Assembly: GCA_963775055.1 (NCBI GenBank)
Contig: CAVZHK010000013.1
Location: 424,249 to 488,248, forward strand
DNA length: 64,000 nucleotides
Source of the DNA: an uncultured Acidimicrobiaceae bacterium
GTDB taxonomy: Bacteria; Actinomycetota; Acidimicrobiia; Acidimicrobiales; CAIXPF01
Reading direction: 5' to 3'
Part shown: positions 9,714 through 19,474 of the stretch, in pieces
How the letters are laid out: each line of letters starts with the position of its first letter
Numbering within the stretch: the first letter of the stretch is position 1
The notes under the pieces: generated by a model
Told to the model about the DNA's origin: nothing
Database searches by the model: none
Seen by the model: the letters and a program-made list of their open reading frames with translations, nothing else
Program-made: the position numbers and the translations under genes

Positions 9714-10322
9714 ATGAGCACCACGAGCAGGCCACAGCTGTACCCGCCGGGGGCCCGGGCCCTGCAGGCGGATTTCGAGACCACCGCCCTGGCTGATCGG
9801 CTGGAAGAGCGCACCGTGTCCGAAGGCCTCGAGGAGTGGCACGTCAAAGCCATCGAGCGGGCCACGTTCTTCTTCCTGGCCACCGTTGACGTGGACGGCT
9901 GGCCCGACGTGTCCTACAAGGGCGGGGCCCCCGGTTTCGTGCAGGTGATTGACGCCAACACGTTGACCTTCCCCAGCTATGACGGCAATGGGATGTTCCG
10001 TTCTTTAGGAAACATCACCGATACCGGCAAGGTCTCGCTGCTGTTCGTGGACTTCGAGCGACCCAAGCGCATCCGGGTCCACGGTGAGGCCAGCCTCTAC
10101 AACGATTCCGTCCGGTTGGCGAGGTTCGAGGGCGCCGATGCCGTGGTCGAAGTGACCGTCGGCCGGGCATTTTTCAACTGCCCCCGCTACCTGCACAACC
10201 TGCGTGACGGCGAGCTGTCCGAGCACGCCCCCCGCCCCGGCCACAGGGTCGCGGAACCAGAATGGAAGTCCCTGCCGGAGTGGCAAGACGTTCTGCCGCA
10301 GCGGCCCGGTGGAGCTCATTAG
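9714..10322 (+). CDS. pyridoxamine 5'-phosphate oxidase-family FMN-binding protein
   Basis: 202 aa. The split-barrel pattern FFFLATVDVDGWPDVSYKGGAPGFVQV...SLLFVDFERPKRIRVHG is typical of the PNPOx-like family. Confidence 0.75.
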   Translation: MSTTSRPQLYPPGARALQADFETTALADRLEERTVSEGLEEWHVKAIERATFFFLATVDVDGWPDVSYKGGAPGFVQVIDANTLTFPSYDGNGMFRSLGNITDTGKVSLLFVDFERPKRIRVHGEASLYNDSVRLARFEGADAVVEVTVGRAFFNCPRYLHNLRDGELSEHAPRPGHRVAEPEWKSLPEWQDVLPQRPGGAH

Positions 10323-10326
10323 TTCG

Positions 10327-11631
10327 TTAGATCACTCCTTCCGCCCGCAGCGTCGCGTGATCGTGGCCCAGCGCGCCCCAGACCTCGGCGTTGTGCTGAC
10401 CGAAACCGGGGCTGGTGGACAACAGCCGCGGTGATCGGCCACCCAGCCGGATCGGGCTCTGCGGAAGCGGTACCACGCCGTATTCGGGATGGTCGATGTC
10501 CCTGATGGCCTGACGTTCTCGCAGGTGGGGATCATCGCGGACCTCGGCCAGGGTGCGCACGGGGGCAGCGGGCACCCGGTAGGTCTGGGCTGCGGCGAAC
10601 ACGTCGGCCTTGGTCATTCCCTTCGTCCACGCACCCACCAACGCGTCGACCTCGTCCAGATGGCCGGCTCGGGCGGTGTTGTCGAGGTACCGCTCGTCGG
10701 TCGCCAACTCCGGCTGACCCATGGCCGCGGTGAGGTTGGTCCAGTGTTCATCGGCGGTGCAGATCAGCGCAATGGCGCCATCGACGGTGGGATACACGTT
10801 GTAGGGCGCCACCGCCAGGCCGCTGTGACGGTTGCCGGTGCGGCCCACCTGCCCGCTGCTGACCAGCGTCCCCCAATTCGATGCCATCGACAGCAGCGTC
10901 ACCTCCTGCATGGCCACCTCCACATGGGAACCCAGACCGGTGCGCGACCGCTCGAACAGCGCCGTCACCAACCCCGCGTGCAGGTGAACCCCGCCGAGAA
11001 AATCCACCATCTGCGGCCCGGCCTTCACCGGGGGACCATCGGGAAACCCCGTCACGGACATCGCCCCGCCGTAGGCCTGCACCGTGAGGTCCATGGCCAG
11101 GCGATCGCGGTCCGGCCCGCTCAGCCCGTACCCGCTGCCCGACCCGTAACAGAGCCGCGGGTTCAGCTGACGCAGCGCCTCCCAACCCACGCCCAGGCGG
11201 TCCATCACCCCAGGGGCGAAGTTCTCGATCAGCACGTCCGCACTGACCACCAACTCCCGCAACAGCTGCTGACCCGTGGGGTGTTTGAGGTTGAGGGTGA
11301 CATCGCGCTTGCCGGCGTTGAGGATGGCGAAGGGCACCGACCCGCCCTGCACCTGCTCCCGCCGGCGTAGCGGCTCACCCCGGGGCGGTTCGATCTTCAA
11401 CACGTCGGCCCCACCGGCGGCGAACAGGAACCCGCAGTACGGTCCTTGGTACACCTGCCCCAGGTCCAACACCACCAACCCGGCAAAGGGGCCGCCGGCG
11501 TGGTCCGCTGCCGGTTCCGGGATTGCAGCACGGGTGGTGGTCGGGCCGGTGGTGGTCGGGCCGGCGGCGGGAGTGACGGTGGGACCTGTGACGGTGGGAC
11601 CTGTGACGGTGGGACCTGCGGAGTCGGTCAT
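10327..11631 (-). CDS. CoA transferase family III (CaiB/BaiF-like) with repeat-containing N-terminal extension
   Basis: FAGLVVLDLGQVYQGPYCGFLFAAGGADVLKIEPP is the family-III N-terminal signature. No start codon lies between that motif and the repeats, so the start must be ATG 11631 or 11679. Confidence 0.85.
   Translation of the reverse strand: MTDSAGPTVTGPTVTGPTVTPAAGPTTTGPTTTRAAIPEPAADHAGGPFAGLVVLDLGQVYQGPYCGFLFAAGGADVLKIEPPRGEPLRRREQVQGGSVPFAILNAGKRDVTLNLKHPTGQQLLRELVVSADVLIENFAPGVMDRLGVGWEALRQLNPRLCYGSGSGYGLSGPDRDRLAMDLTVQAYGGAMSVTGFPDGPPVKAGPQMVDFLGGVHLHAGLVTALFERSRTGLGSHVEVAMQEVTLLSMASNWGTLVSSGQVGRTGNRHSGLAVAPYNVYPTVDGAIALICTADEHWTNLTAAMGQPELATDERYLDNTARAGHLDEVDALVGAWTKGMTKADVFAAAQTYRVPAAPVRTLAEVRDDPHLRERQAIRDIDHPEYGVVPLPQSPIRLGGRSPRLLSTSPGFGQHNAEVWGALGHDHATLRAEGVI
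11533..11617 (-). repeat. in-frame tandem repeats (2 x 15 bp + 3 x 15 bp) encoding GPTTT-GPTTT and GPTVT x3
   Basis: ggtggtggtcgggcc occurs twice (11533-11562) and gtgacggtgggacct three times (11573-11617), all perfect copies inside the 5' end of the CoA-transferase ORF. Confidence 0.9.
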
Positions 11632-11794
11632 TGGCCCGGGACGGTAGCGTCGACTGGGTGCACCCGCCTGCCCGGCCATTCCTTTCCCGCCGAAGTGCGG
11701 CGCCTGACGCTCTCGCCATCAATCGCCTGCCCTGGCGGGGTCCTTGGCGCGTGCTGGTCCCGCAGGCGGGGATCGACGTGATCGGATGGGCGAC

Positions 11795-12397
11795 ATGAGG
11801 ACGCTCCCGCTGGTCTTGGCCTCGGGCTCGCCCCGCCGTCGCGAGCTTCTCGAGCAGGTGGCGGTGCGGTTCGAGGTTCGGGTGCCCGACGTGGACGAAG
11901 CCCAGCGACCCGACGAAGATCCGGCGGCCTATGTCACCCGCCTTGCCGGGGACAAGGCTTCGGCGGTGTTGCAGCGGTGGAACGATGCCCACGCCGGTCC
12001 GGTGGTGGTACTGGCGGCGGACACCACGGTGGAGCTCGATGGTGAGTGCCTGGGTAAGCCGGTCGACGCCACCGACGCCGCCGCGATGCTGGCCCGTCTT
12101 TCCGGCCGAACCCATCGGGTCATCACCGGGGTGGCGGTGCACACCGTCACTGACCATACCGAACAGTTCGCGCTGAGCACCGAGGTTCGGATGACCCAAC
12201 TCAGCCTCGCGGCCATCGACTGGTATGTGAGTACCGGCGAACCGCTGGACAAGGCCGGGGCCTACGCCATCCAAGGTGCGGGCGGGTTGTTCGTCTCCAC
12301 CATCGTTGGCAGCTACTCCAACGTGGTGGGTCTGCCGTTGGCCGAAACCCTCGCCGCGCTGCAGCGCGCCGGCTTGACGGGCGTCCCCGGCCGGTAG
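11795..12397 (+). CDS. maf: Maf-like nucleoside triphosphate pyrophosphatase
   Basis: LVLASGSPRRRELL N-terminal signature, AGAYAIQG, and VVGLPL near the C-terminus. Confidence 0.88.
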   Translation: MRTLPLVLASGSPRRRELLEQVAVRFEVRVPDVDEAQRPDEDPAAYVTRLAGDKASAVLQRWNDAHAGPVVVLAADTTVELDGECLGKPVDATDAAAMLARLSGRTHRVITGVAVHTVTDHTEQFALSTEVRMTQLSLAAIDWYVSTGEPLDKAGAYAIQGAGGLFVSTIVGSYSNVVGLPLAETLAALQRAGLTGVPGR

Positions 12398-12412
12398 CAG
12401 GTGGTCATCGGG

Positions 12413-12549
12413 GCCACGGCACGTGTCATGTGTGCAGTTTGGACCACGACCGTCGGCAGAGCGCACACAAAAGAGCTGGTCGTGGTGTGGTTGTGTCCGA
12501 TCTCGATGGCGAACTTGTCGAAAACTGCACACATGGGACACGGGTGGCG
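12413..12549. repeat. long imperfect palindrome / candidate structured RNA in the maf to atuA-like intergenic region
   Basis: Perfect 14-nt arms CATGTGTGCAGTTT (12427-12440) and AAACTGCACACATG (12522-12535). A nested 9-bp stem pairs ACCACGACC (12443-12451) with GGTCGTGGT (12478-12486). Outer imperfect pairing extends the structure to about 12413 and 12549. Confidence 0.6.
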
Positions 12550-12691
12550 CTGCTCACCACCGGGCGTGGCGATCCCGACGTGCTGCGTCCACCAGCAAGG
12601 CGTTTCGAGCCAAGCCGAACTCTGGGCCCACCGTCACTGGCGCCGTCGACGCCGCCCTCGTCCCGGCCCGGTGCGGGCTAGCTTCCCAGCC

Positions 12692-14466
12692 ATGCCCACC
12701 CCCGACGGTGCCATCCTGGTCGCCAACTGCAGCGGGTTCTACGGTGATCGCATCGCCGCCGCCAAAGAGCAGGTCGAAGGGGGTGACATCGACTACCTCA
12801 CCGGTGATTGGCTGGCCGAGCTGACCATGCTCATCCTGGCCCGCACCCGGGCTGGTGGTCGCAGCGGTGGTTGGGCCCGCACCTTCCTCACCCAGATGGA
12901 ACAGGTCCTGGGCACATGTTTGGACAAGGGCATCAAGGTGGTCACCAACGCCGGTGGGCTCGACCCCCAGGGATGCGCCAACGCCCTTCACGAGCTGGCC
13001 ACCAAGCTGGGCCTGGCTCCCCGCATCGGCTACGTGGCCGGGGACGATCTGCTTGGTCGCATGGACGAACTGGCCGGCGCTGGGGTCAGCTTCGACAACC
13101 TCGACACCGGTGAATCGCTGCGGGACAAGGGCGTGGAGGTCATCACCGCCAACGCCTACCTCGGCTGCTGGGGCATCGTGGAGGCCCTTGACCGCGGTGC
13201 CGACGTGGTCATCGCCGGCCGGGTCACAGACGCTGCGGTGGTCATGGGCCCGCCGGCGCATGCCTTCGGTTGGCAGCGCCAGGACTGGGACCGCCTGGCC
13301 GGGGCCTGCGTGGCCGGTCACGTCATCGAGTGCGGCTGCCAGGCCACCGGTGGCAACTACTCGTTCTTCACCGAGATCCCCGGCATGGACCGTCTGGGCT
13401 TCCCCATCGCGGAGATCTACCCCGACGGCTCCACGGTGATCACCAAGCACGCCGGCACCGGCGGCGCGGTCACCATCGGCACGGTCACCTCGCAGCTGCT
13501 GTACGAGATCGGCTCGGAGCGCTACCTCAATCCCGACGTGGTGTGCCGCTTCGACACCATCCGCCTGGACGAGCTCGCCCCAGACCGGGTACGCATCTCC
13601 GCCACCCGGGGCGAGCCGGCGCCGGCCACGCTCAAGGTCTCGATGAACTATCAGGGCGGGTACCGCAACGGCTTCACGTTCTGCCTGACCGGGCTCGACA
13701 TCGAGGAAAAGGCGGCGCTGCTGGAGCGGCAGATCTGGTCGGCGTTTCCCGGTGGCAAGGACCACTTCGAACAGGCCCGGGTCCAGCTGATGCGTACTGA
13801 CAAGGCTGATCCCGAGTCCAACGAAGCGGCCACCGCGCTTCTGAAGTTCACCGTGAAAGATCGCGACGAGCGCAAGGTCGGCCGGGAATTCGCCAATCAG
13901 GCGGTGGAGATCGGCCTGGCCACCATTCCCGGCTTCTATGGGCTGGGCTGGTCCCCTGGTCCGGGCACACCGTACGGGGTGTACTGGCCGTCGCTGGTGC
14001 CGGCTGAGCTGGTGGCACAGGAGGTGGTGATCCTCGGCGAAGGTGCCACCGCGGTGGACAACACCCCCGGCAACCTCCCGGCACCGACGGTGGTGGCGTC
14101 CACCGTTGATGTGCCTGACATACCAGTAAGTACGTCCGGTACGGTACGGCTACCGTTGGGTACGGCCTTCGGCTCCCGCTCGGGGGACAAGGGCGGCAAC
14201 GCCAACCTCGGGGTGTTCGCCCGATCGGCGCAGGGTTACGCCTGGCTGGCGTCGTTCCTCACCGTGGAGCGGCTCAAGCAACTGCTGCCCGACGTGGCGG
14301 ACCTCACCGTGCACCGCTACGAGTTGCCGAACATCTGGTCACTCAACTTCGTGGTGGTGGGACTGCTGGAGGAAGGGGTGGCCGCCTCCTCCCGCCAGGA
14401 TGGCCAGGCCAAGAGCCTGGGGGAGTACGTGCGGGCCAAGGTCGTGGATCTGCCGGAGGCGCTGCT

Positions 14467-14470
<4 letters not shown>
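12692..14470 (+). CDS. acyclic terpene utilisation AtuA-family protein (DUF1446)
   Basis: [46 protein letters not shown] is a typical DUF1446 N-terminus. About 593 aa from ATG 12692. The upstream part of ORF 12401.. covers the palindrome and is unlikely to be coding. Confidence 0.8.
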
Positions 14471-15113
<643 letters not shown>

Positions 15114-15117
<4 letters not shown>

Positions 15118-15785
15118 ACGGAGTCCACGACCTCGGCGGCATGCACGGCTTCGGTCCGGTGCAGGCCGAGCCCGAAGCCACCGAGCCCCTCTTCCACCAT
15201 CCGTGGGAACCTGACGTACTAACCAGTATGTTGGGTACCATGCGATTGGGACAGTGGAGTCTCGACGAGTTCCGTCAAACCATCGAGCAACAACCGGCGG
15301 TCGACTACCTGCGCCGCACCTATTACGAAAAATGGCTGGCCGCGCTGGAGATCTTGGCCGTACGCCACGGTTTGTTCACCGAGGCCGACCTGGCTGACCG
15401 CATCGCCGCGTTGTCCGCCGCTCCCGCAAGCGGCGGAACCAGTCCCACCGCGACGCAGCGGTCCACTGTGACCCCCGGGTGGGTTCCTTCATTCGAGCTG
15501 CCGCAACAAGCCCCTCGATATGGCGCCGGCCAGATCGTGAGAGCCGCCAACCGCCATCCGGAAGGCCACACCCGTCAGCCCCGCTATGTGCGCGGCCGGG
15601 TCGGCACGATCGAGCGTCACGTGGGTGCCGAGCCGCTGCCCGAACTGGCCTCCACCGGGGTCTGCCGGCCCGAGCACGTGTACCTGGTCAGCTTCGCGGC
15701 CACCGAGCTGTGGGGCGAAGCGGGTTGCGCCAACGACGCGGTGCTCATCGAGCTGTGGGAGAGCCACCTGGAGCCGGTCCTGTGA
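15114..15785 (+). CDS. nthB: nitrile hydratase beta subunit
   Basis: [17 protein letters not shown]-terminus and YYEKWL motif. ATGA overlap with nthA. Confidence 0.92.
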
Positions 15786-16174
15786 CCGACGCCGTCCAAC
15801 CTGCACACCAGCATTTGCACGAGCTTCCCTACCAGTCCCTGCTGCCCCGGGACGCCGACGGTCCGGTCTTCGCCGAGGCCTGGCAGGCGGAGGCGTTCGC
15901 CACCACCATGGCCCTGCTCGACGCCGGCCTTTTCACCTGGGCGGAGTGGAGCAATGCCCTCAGCGCCGCCATCATCGGCGCCCAACGCTCTGGTGACCCT
16001 GACTTTGGCGACACCTACTACCAGCATTGGCTGATGGCACTCGAGAGCCTGTGCCGCACCAAGGGCGCCCTGGACGGAGCCCACATCGACCAACGGCAAC
16101 GCCAGTGGCGAACCGCCTACGAACGCACCCCCCACGGCCAACCCGTCGAGCTGGAGGCCGGCCGGGACCAGTGA
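15782..16174 (+). CDS. nitrile hydratase accessory/activator protein (P14K-like)
   Basis: 130 aa from a GTG overlapping the nthB stop. FAEAWQAEAFATTMALLDAGLFTWAEWSNAL and YYQHWLMALE resemble a truncated beta-subunit-like activator. Confidence 0.8.
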   Translation: MTDAVQPAHQHLHELPYQSLLPRDADGPVFAEAWQAEAFATTMALLDAGLFTWAEWSNALSAAIIGAQRSGDPDFGDTYYQHWLMALESLCRTKGALDGAHIDQRQRQWRTAYERTPHGQPVELEAGRDQ

Positions 16175-16198
16175 CGCCGGCGGCTACGGTGACCGGCC

Positions 16199-17026
16199 AT
16201 GGGTGACTATGCGCTGACAGGTCTCGAAGGCAAGGTGGCGGTGGTGACCGGTGCCGGACGCATGCGGTCCATCGGGCGTCCGGTGGCGGTGGAGTTGGCC
16301 CGCGCCGGTTGTGACATTGTGCTCACCGGCACCGGCCGCTCACCTGATCGCTACCCGCCCGACGAGCAAGATGCCGGCTGGCGGGACATCGAATCGGTGG
16401 CCGATGAGGTCCGCGCCCTGGGCCGTCGGGCGTTGCCGGTGGTGTCCAACGTGGCGGATCTGGCCTCGGTGCAGGCTCTGGCGGCAACGGTCTTGGACCA
16501 GTTTGGCCGGGTCGACATCTTGGTCAACAATGCCGGCGCCGCCCGGGGGGAGGATCGCAACCCCGTCATCGACCTCGACGTGGACGCCTGGAACACCGTC
16601 ATGCACGTCAACCTCACCGGCACGTTCCTCATGTCGAAAGTGTTCGGCGCGGCGCTGGTGAGCGCCGGCCGGGGCGGCGCCATCGTCAACATGTCCTCCA
16701 TCGCGGGCAAGCGTCTGCCCCCCAAGACCGCGGCGTATGCTGCGTCAAAGGCCGGCATCCAGGCCTTGACCGCCTGCATGTCCCAGGAGGTGGCCGCGGC
16801 CGGGGTCCGAGTCAACGCCATCTGCCCCGGGCTCATCGACACCGCCCGCATGGACCTGCTGGGGCGCGGCGATGATTGGGCCCGCATGGTCGGCCTCATA
16901 CCGCTCGGTAGGGCCGGCAGCGGGGAGGACATCGCCGCCATGACCGTGTTCCTGTGTTCGGATCAGGGCGCGTGGATCACCGGCCAGTCCTACAACGTGG
17001 ATGGCGGCCAGGTCGTCGAACACTGA
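16199..17026 (+). CDS. SDR-family oxidoreductase (FabG-like)
   Basis: TGAGRMRSIGR cofactor motif, NNAG, catalytic YAASKAG. Confidence 0.88.
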   Translation: MGDYALTGLEGKVAVVTGAGRMRSIGRPVAVELARAGCDIVLTGTGRSPDRYPPDEQDAGWRDIESVADEVRALGRRALPVVSNVADLASVQALAATVLDQFGRVDILVNNAGAARGEDRNPVIDLDVDAWNTVMHVNLTGTFLMSKVFGAALVSAGRGGAIVNMSSIAGKRLPPKTAAYAASKAGIQALTACMSQEVAAAGVRVNAICPGLIDTARMDLLGRGDDWARMVGLIPLGRAGSGEDIAAMTVFLCSDQGAWITGQSYNVDGGQVVEH

Positions 17027-17042
17027 GTCAAAGCGCGTGCTC

Positions 17043-18383
17043 TCAACTGGGGGTGAAGCGGGCCGGGAGGTGTTTGACGCCGTGGATGAACGCTGACAGC
17101 AGGGGATCGGGCGGGCCCACGGCCTCGATGTCCGGCAGGCGGCGGAACAGTTCCCGGAACATCACCGTGATCTCCCGCCGAGCCAGGTGCGCGCCCAGGC
17201 AGAAGTGCGGCCCGGGCCCGCCGAAGCCGACATGCTCGTTGGGATGGCGGGTTACGTCGAAGCGCAACGGGTCGGTGAACATGTCCTCGTCACGGTTGGC
17301 CGACCAATAGAACAACGCCAGCCGGTCACCTTCGGCGATGGACTGACCCCGAAGTTCGCAGGCCCGGGTGGCGGTGCGGCGCATGTAGGTCACCGGGCTG
17401 GCCATCCGCACGATCTCGTCCACCGCACCGTGGGCCAGATGTTCGAAGTCGTTCTGCCAGATCTGCCGCTGGTCGGGGTTCTCGGTCAGGAAGTGCAATC
17501 CCCAGCTGATGGCGTTGCGGGTGGTCTCGTTGCCCGCCACCACCAACAAGATGAAGAAGCTGGCCAGCTCGGCGTGGGTCAGGCGCTCACCGTCAACCTC
17601 GGCCCGCAGCAGCACGCTGGTCAGATCCTCACCGGGAGCGGCCGACGCCAGCTTCGATGTGGCCAGTTCCTCCATCAGCTGTGACAGGTCCGCCCCGGCC
17701 TGCAGCACCGCCCCCAGGATGTTGTCGATGCCGTCCACATACTCCGGGTCTCCGGCGCCCAGGATCACGTTGGTCCGCTCGAACACGAAGCCGAACTGGC
17801 TGGGCGGGATGCCCATCATCTCGCAGATCACCCGCAACGGAAGCGCCGCCGCCACGTCGACCACGAAGTCGACCTGGCCCCGTTCGGCAACGCCTTGCAC
17901 GATCTCCGCGGCGATCCGAACCACGGAATCCTCCACCCGGCTCAACATCCGCGGCGTGAACCCCGAGGACACCAGCTTGCGCAGCCGGGCGTGGCGGGGA
18001 TCGTCCATGGCGATCATCGATCCGAAGAATTCGTTGAACGCCGGTGGCGCCTCCAACATGGTGATGCCCTGGGCCGAGCTGAACAGATCAGGCTGTTTGG
18101 AGATCGTCTGGATGTCCGCGTACCGGGTGACCGCCCAGTAGGGGCCCATCTTGATCAACGAGTCCTCCGGCAGTTCCGGTGGCGGACGCCAGGCCAGCGG
18201 CTCCTCTGCTCGCAGGAGGGCCATGTCAGCCTCAATCTCGGGCAGGGGTCGCACCCAGAAGCTGGGCAGGATGGGATTGACCCACTCCAGCGGTCGATCG
18301 GACCCCTGGCCGGCGCCGTCGTTGGACGGGGCCTGCGACATCGCCTCAGACATGGGTTCGACGCTACCGGCGTCGCTCATCAT
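17043..18383 (-). CDS. cytochrome P450
   Basis: Heme-binding FGGPGPHFCLGAHLAR, I-helix VAGNETTRN, ExxR. Start taken at ATG 18383/18380; the ORF extension to 18632 overlaps the divergent gene. Confidence 0.9.
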   Translation of the reverse strand: MMSDAGSVEPMSEAMSQAPSNDGAGQGSDRPLEWVNPILPSFWVRPLPEIEADMALLRAEEPLAWRPPPELPEDSLIKMGPYWAVTRYADIQTISKQPDLFSSAQGITMLEAPPAFNEFFGSMIAMDDPRHARLRKLVSSGFTPRMLSRVEDSVVRIAAEIVQGVAERGQVDFVVDVAAALPLRVICEMMGIPPSQFGFVFERTNVILGAGDPEYVDGIDNILGAVLQAGADLSQLMEELATSKLASAAPGEDLTSVLLRAEVDGERLTHAELASFFILLVVAGNETTRNAISWGLHFLTENPDQRQIWQNDFEHLAHGAVDEIVRMASPVTYMRRTATRACELRGQSIAEGDRLALFYWSANRDEDMFTDPLRFDVTRHPNEHVGFGGPGPHFCLGAHLARREITVMFRELFRRLPDIEAVGPPDPLLSAFIHGVKHLPARFTPS

Positions 18384-18434
18384 CCCGGTCCGGCCCGGGC
18401 GTCGGTGAACCCGACCGGGCACTACGTTGCAGCC

Positions 18435-19316
18435 ATGAGCCACCGCTGTCTGGCCTGTGAGGAGATCACCGTGGAGCGCGCCGCCGGTGTGGCGCTGCAT
18501 TTCACCAGCCGCTTCCAGGGTCCACCGGGCCTGGCCAATGGCGGTGTGGTGGTCGGCGCGCTGGCGTGCGTGGCCCGAACCCGCTCGGGACTGGCTGATC
18601 CCGCGGTGGCCGGTCTGGTCGCCCGGCTGCATCGTGGCGTGCCCCAGGGCCGGGACCTACCGGTGCAGACCACGCTGGACCCTGACGGGCTGATTGAGGT
18701 CACTTTGGCTGACGGTGAGGACCTGGTCGCCACCGCCGCGGTGCGGGTGGTGGACAGTGACGTGCTGCGGGCCGGTCTCGAACCCACCCTATTCGGCCCC
18801 GAACGGCTCGAACCGCTCGTCGAGCTGGCGTCACCTACCCCGGCGCAGGTCCGGGCCGCGACGCAGATCGAGGTCCGTCCCAAGCCCGTCCCGAACCCAT
18901 TCGATCACTGCTTCGTCTGCGGGCAGGCCAACCTCGACGGGCTGCAGGTGGCGGCGGCGCCCATGACCCGCACCACGGCGTGGGCCCTCAATCCCCACGC
19001 TTCGGATTTCGCGGAGCCCGACGGTCGGCTCGACACCGTGGTGGCATTGGCCTCCATGGACTGCCCGTCGGTGCCCTCCTTCATGTCCGGTGGGATCATG
19101 GCCGAGGACGAGTCGGCCTTGTTGGGCAGCTTCGAGGCCGAACTGCTCCGCTGGGCCCCCGCCCAGGTCGAGGGCGGTTACCGGTTGCCGTCCCGGTTTT
19201 GGCGACGGGACGGCCGCAGGGTGTACGCCGACATCGCACTGGTCGACGCTCCTGGGACGGTCTACGCCATGGCCACCGCCACCTGGATCACCGTCCCCAC
19301 GCCTGCCGGGCAATAG
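18435..19316 (+). CDS. double hotdog-fold (PaaI-like thioesterase) protein
   Basis: The first half has GLANGGVVVGALAC. The second half has FDHCFVCGQANLDGLQV, typical of PaaI-family hotdog domains. ATG 18435 lies about 50 bp from the divergent P450 start. Confidence 0.65.
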   Translation: MSHRCLACEEITVERAAGVALHFTSRFQGPPGLANGGVVVGALACVARTRSGLADPAVAGLVARLHRGVPQGRDLPVQTTLDPDGLIEVTLADGEDLVATAAVRVVDSDVLRAGLEPTLFGPERLEPLVELASPTPAQVRAATQIEVRPKPVPNPFDHCFVCGQANLDGLQVAAAPMTRTTAWALNPHASDFAEPDGRLDTVVALASMDCPSVPSFMSGGIMAEDESALLGSFEAELLRWAPAQVEGGYRLPSRFWRRDGRRVYADIALVDAPGTVYAMATATWITVPTPAGQ

Positions 19317-19410
19317 CCCTGCTGCCACATGGTTGCCCGGTCTGTCCCATCCCGGCGGACCCGCTCGGTGCCGATGGCGTGCTCCGGCGAACCTCGGCGA
19401 AAACGGCGGA

Positions 19411-19454
19411 AACCCGGTAGGGGCGAATCGACATGGATTCGCCCCTACCGGGTT
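19411..19454. terminator. bidirectional intrinsic terminator hairpin between convergent genes
   Basis: Perfect 19-bp stem pairing aacccggtaggggcgaatc (19411-19429) with gattcgcccctaccgggtt (19436-19454), with a 6-nt loop. It lies between stop 19316 (+) and stop 19475 (-). Confidence 0.75.
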
Positions 19455-19474
19455 CCTGGGAGTGTTTGGCCTGG

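Noticed and set aside
12427-12535. Interpretation of the 14-nt inverted repeats as the ends of a MITE
   Set aside because: No target-site duplication is evident at the flanks and I found no second copy of the arms elsewhere in the window. The idea is kept only as an alternative hypothesis in the corresponding finding.
12401-12691. N-terminal extensions offered by the ORF track (12401 for the DUF1446 gene, 53628 for carbonic anhydrase, 18632 and 17895 for the P450/hotdog pair, 1433 for the dehydratase)
   Set aside because: The extensions have non-protein-like composition, overlap structured or regulatory DNA (the palindrome, the cobalamin riboswitch) or the divergent gene, and start well upstream of where family homology begins.
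12554-13765. 403-aa minus-strand ORF opposite the DUF1446 gene; similar plus-strand ORFs occur at 19706-20761 and 49816-51181
   Set aside because: Each overlaps a gene with strong family signatures on the other strand (AtuA-like, SpeH-SpeE, NUDIX/PAC2). Each shows shadow-frame composition.
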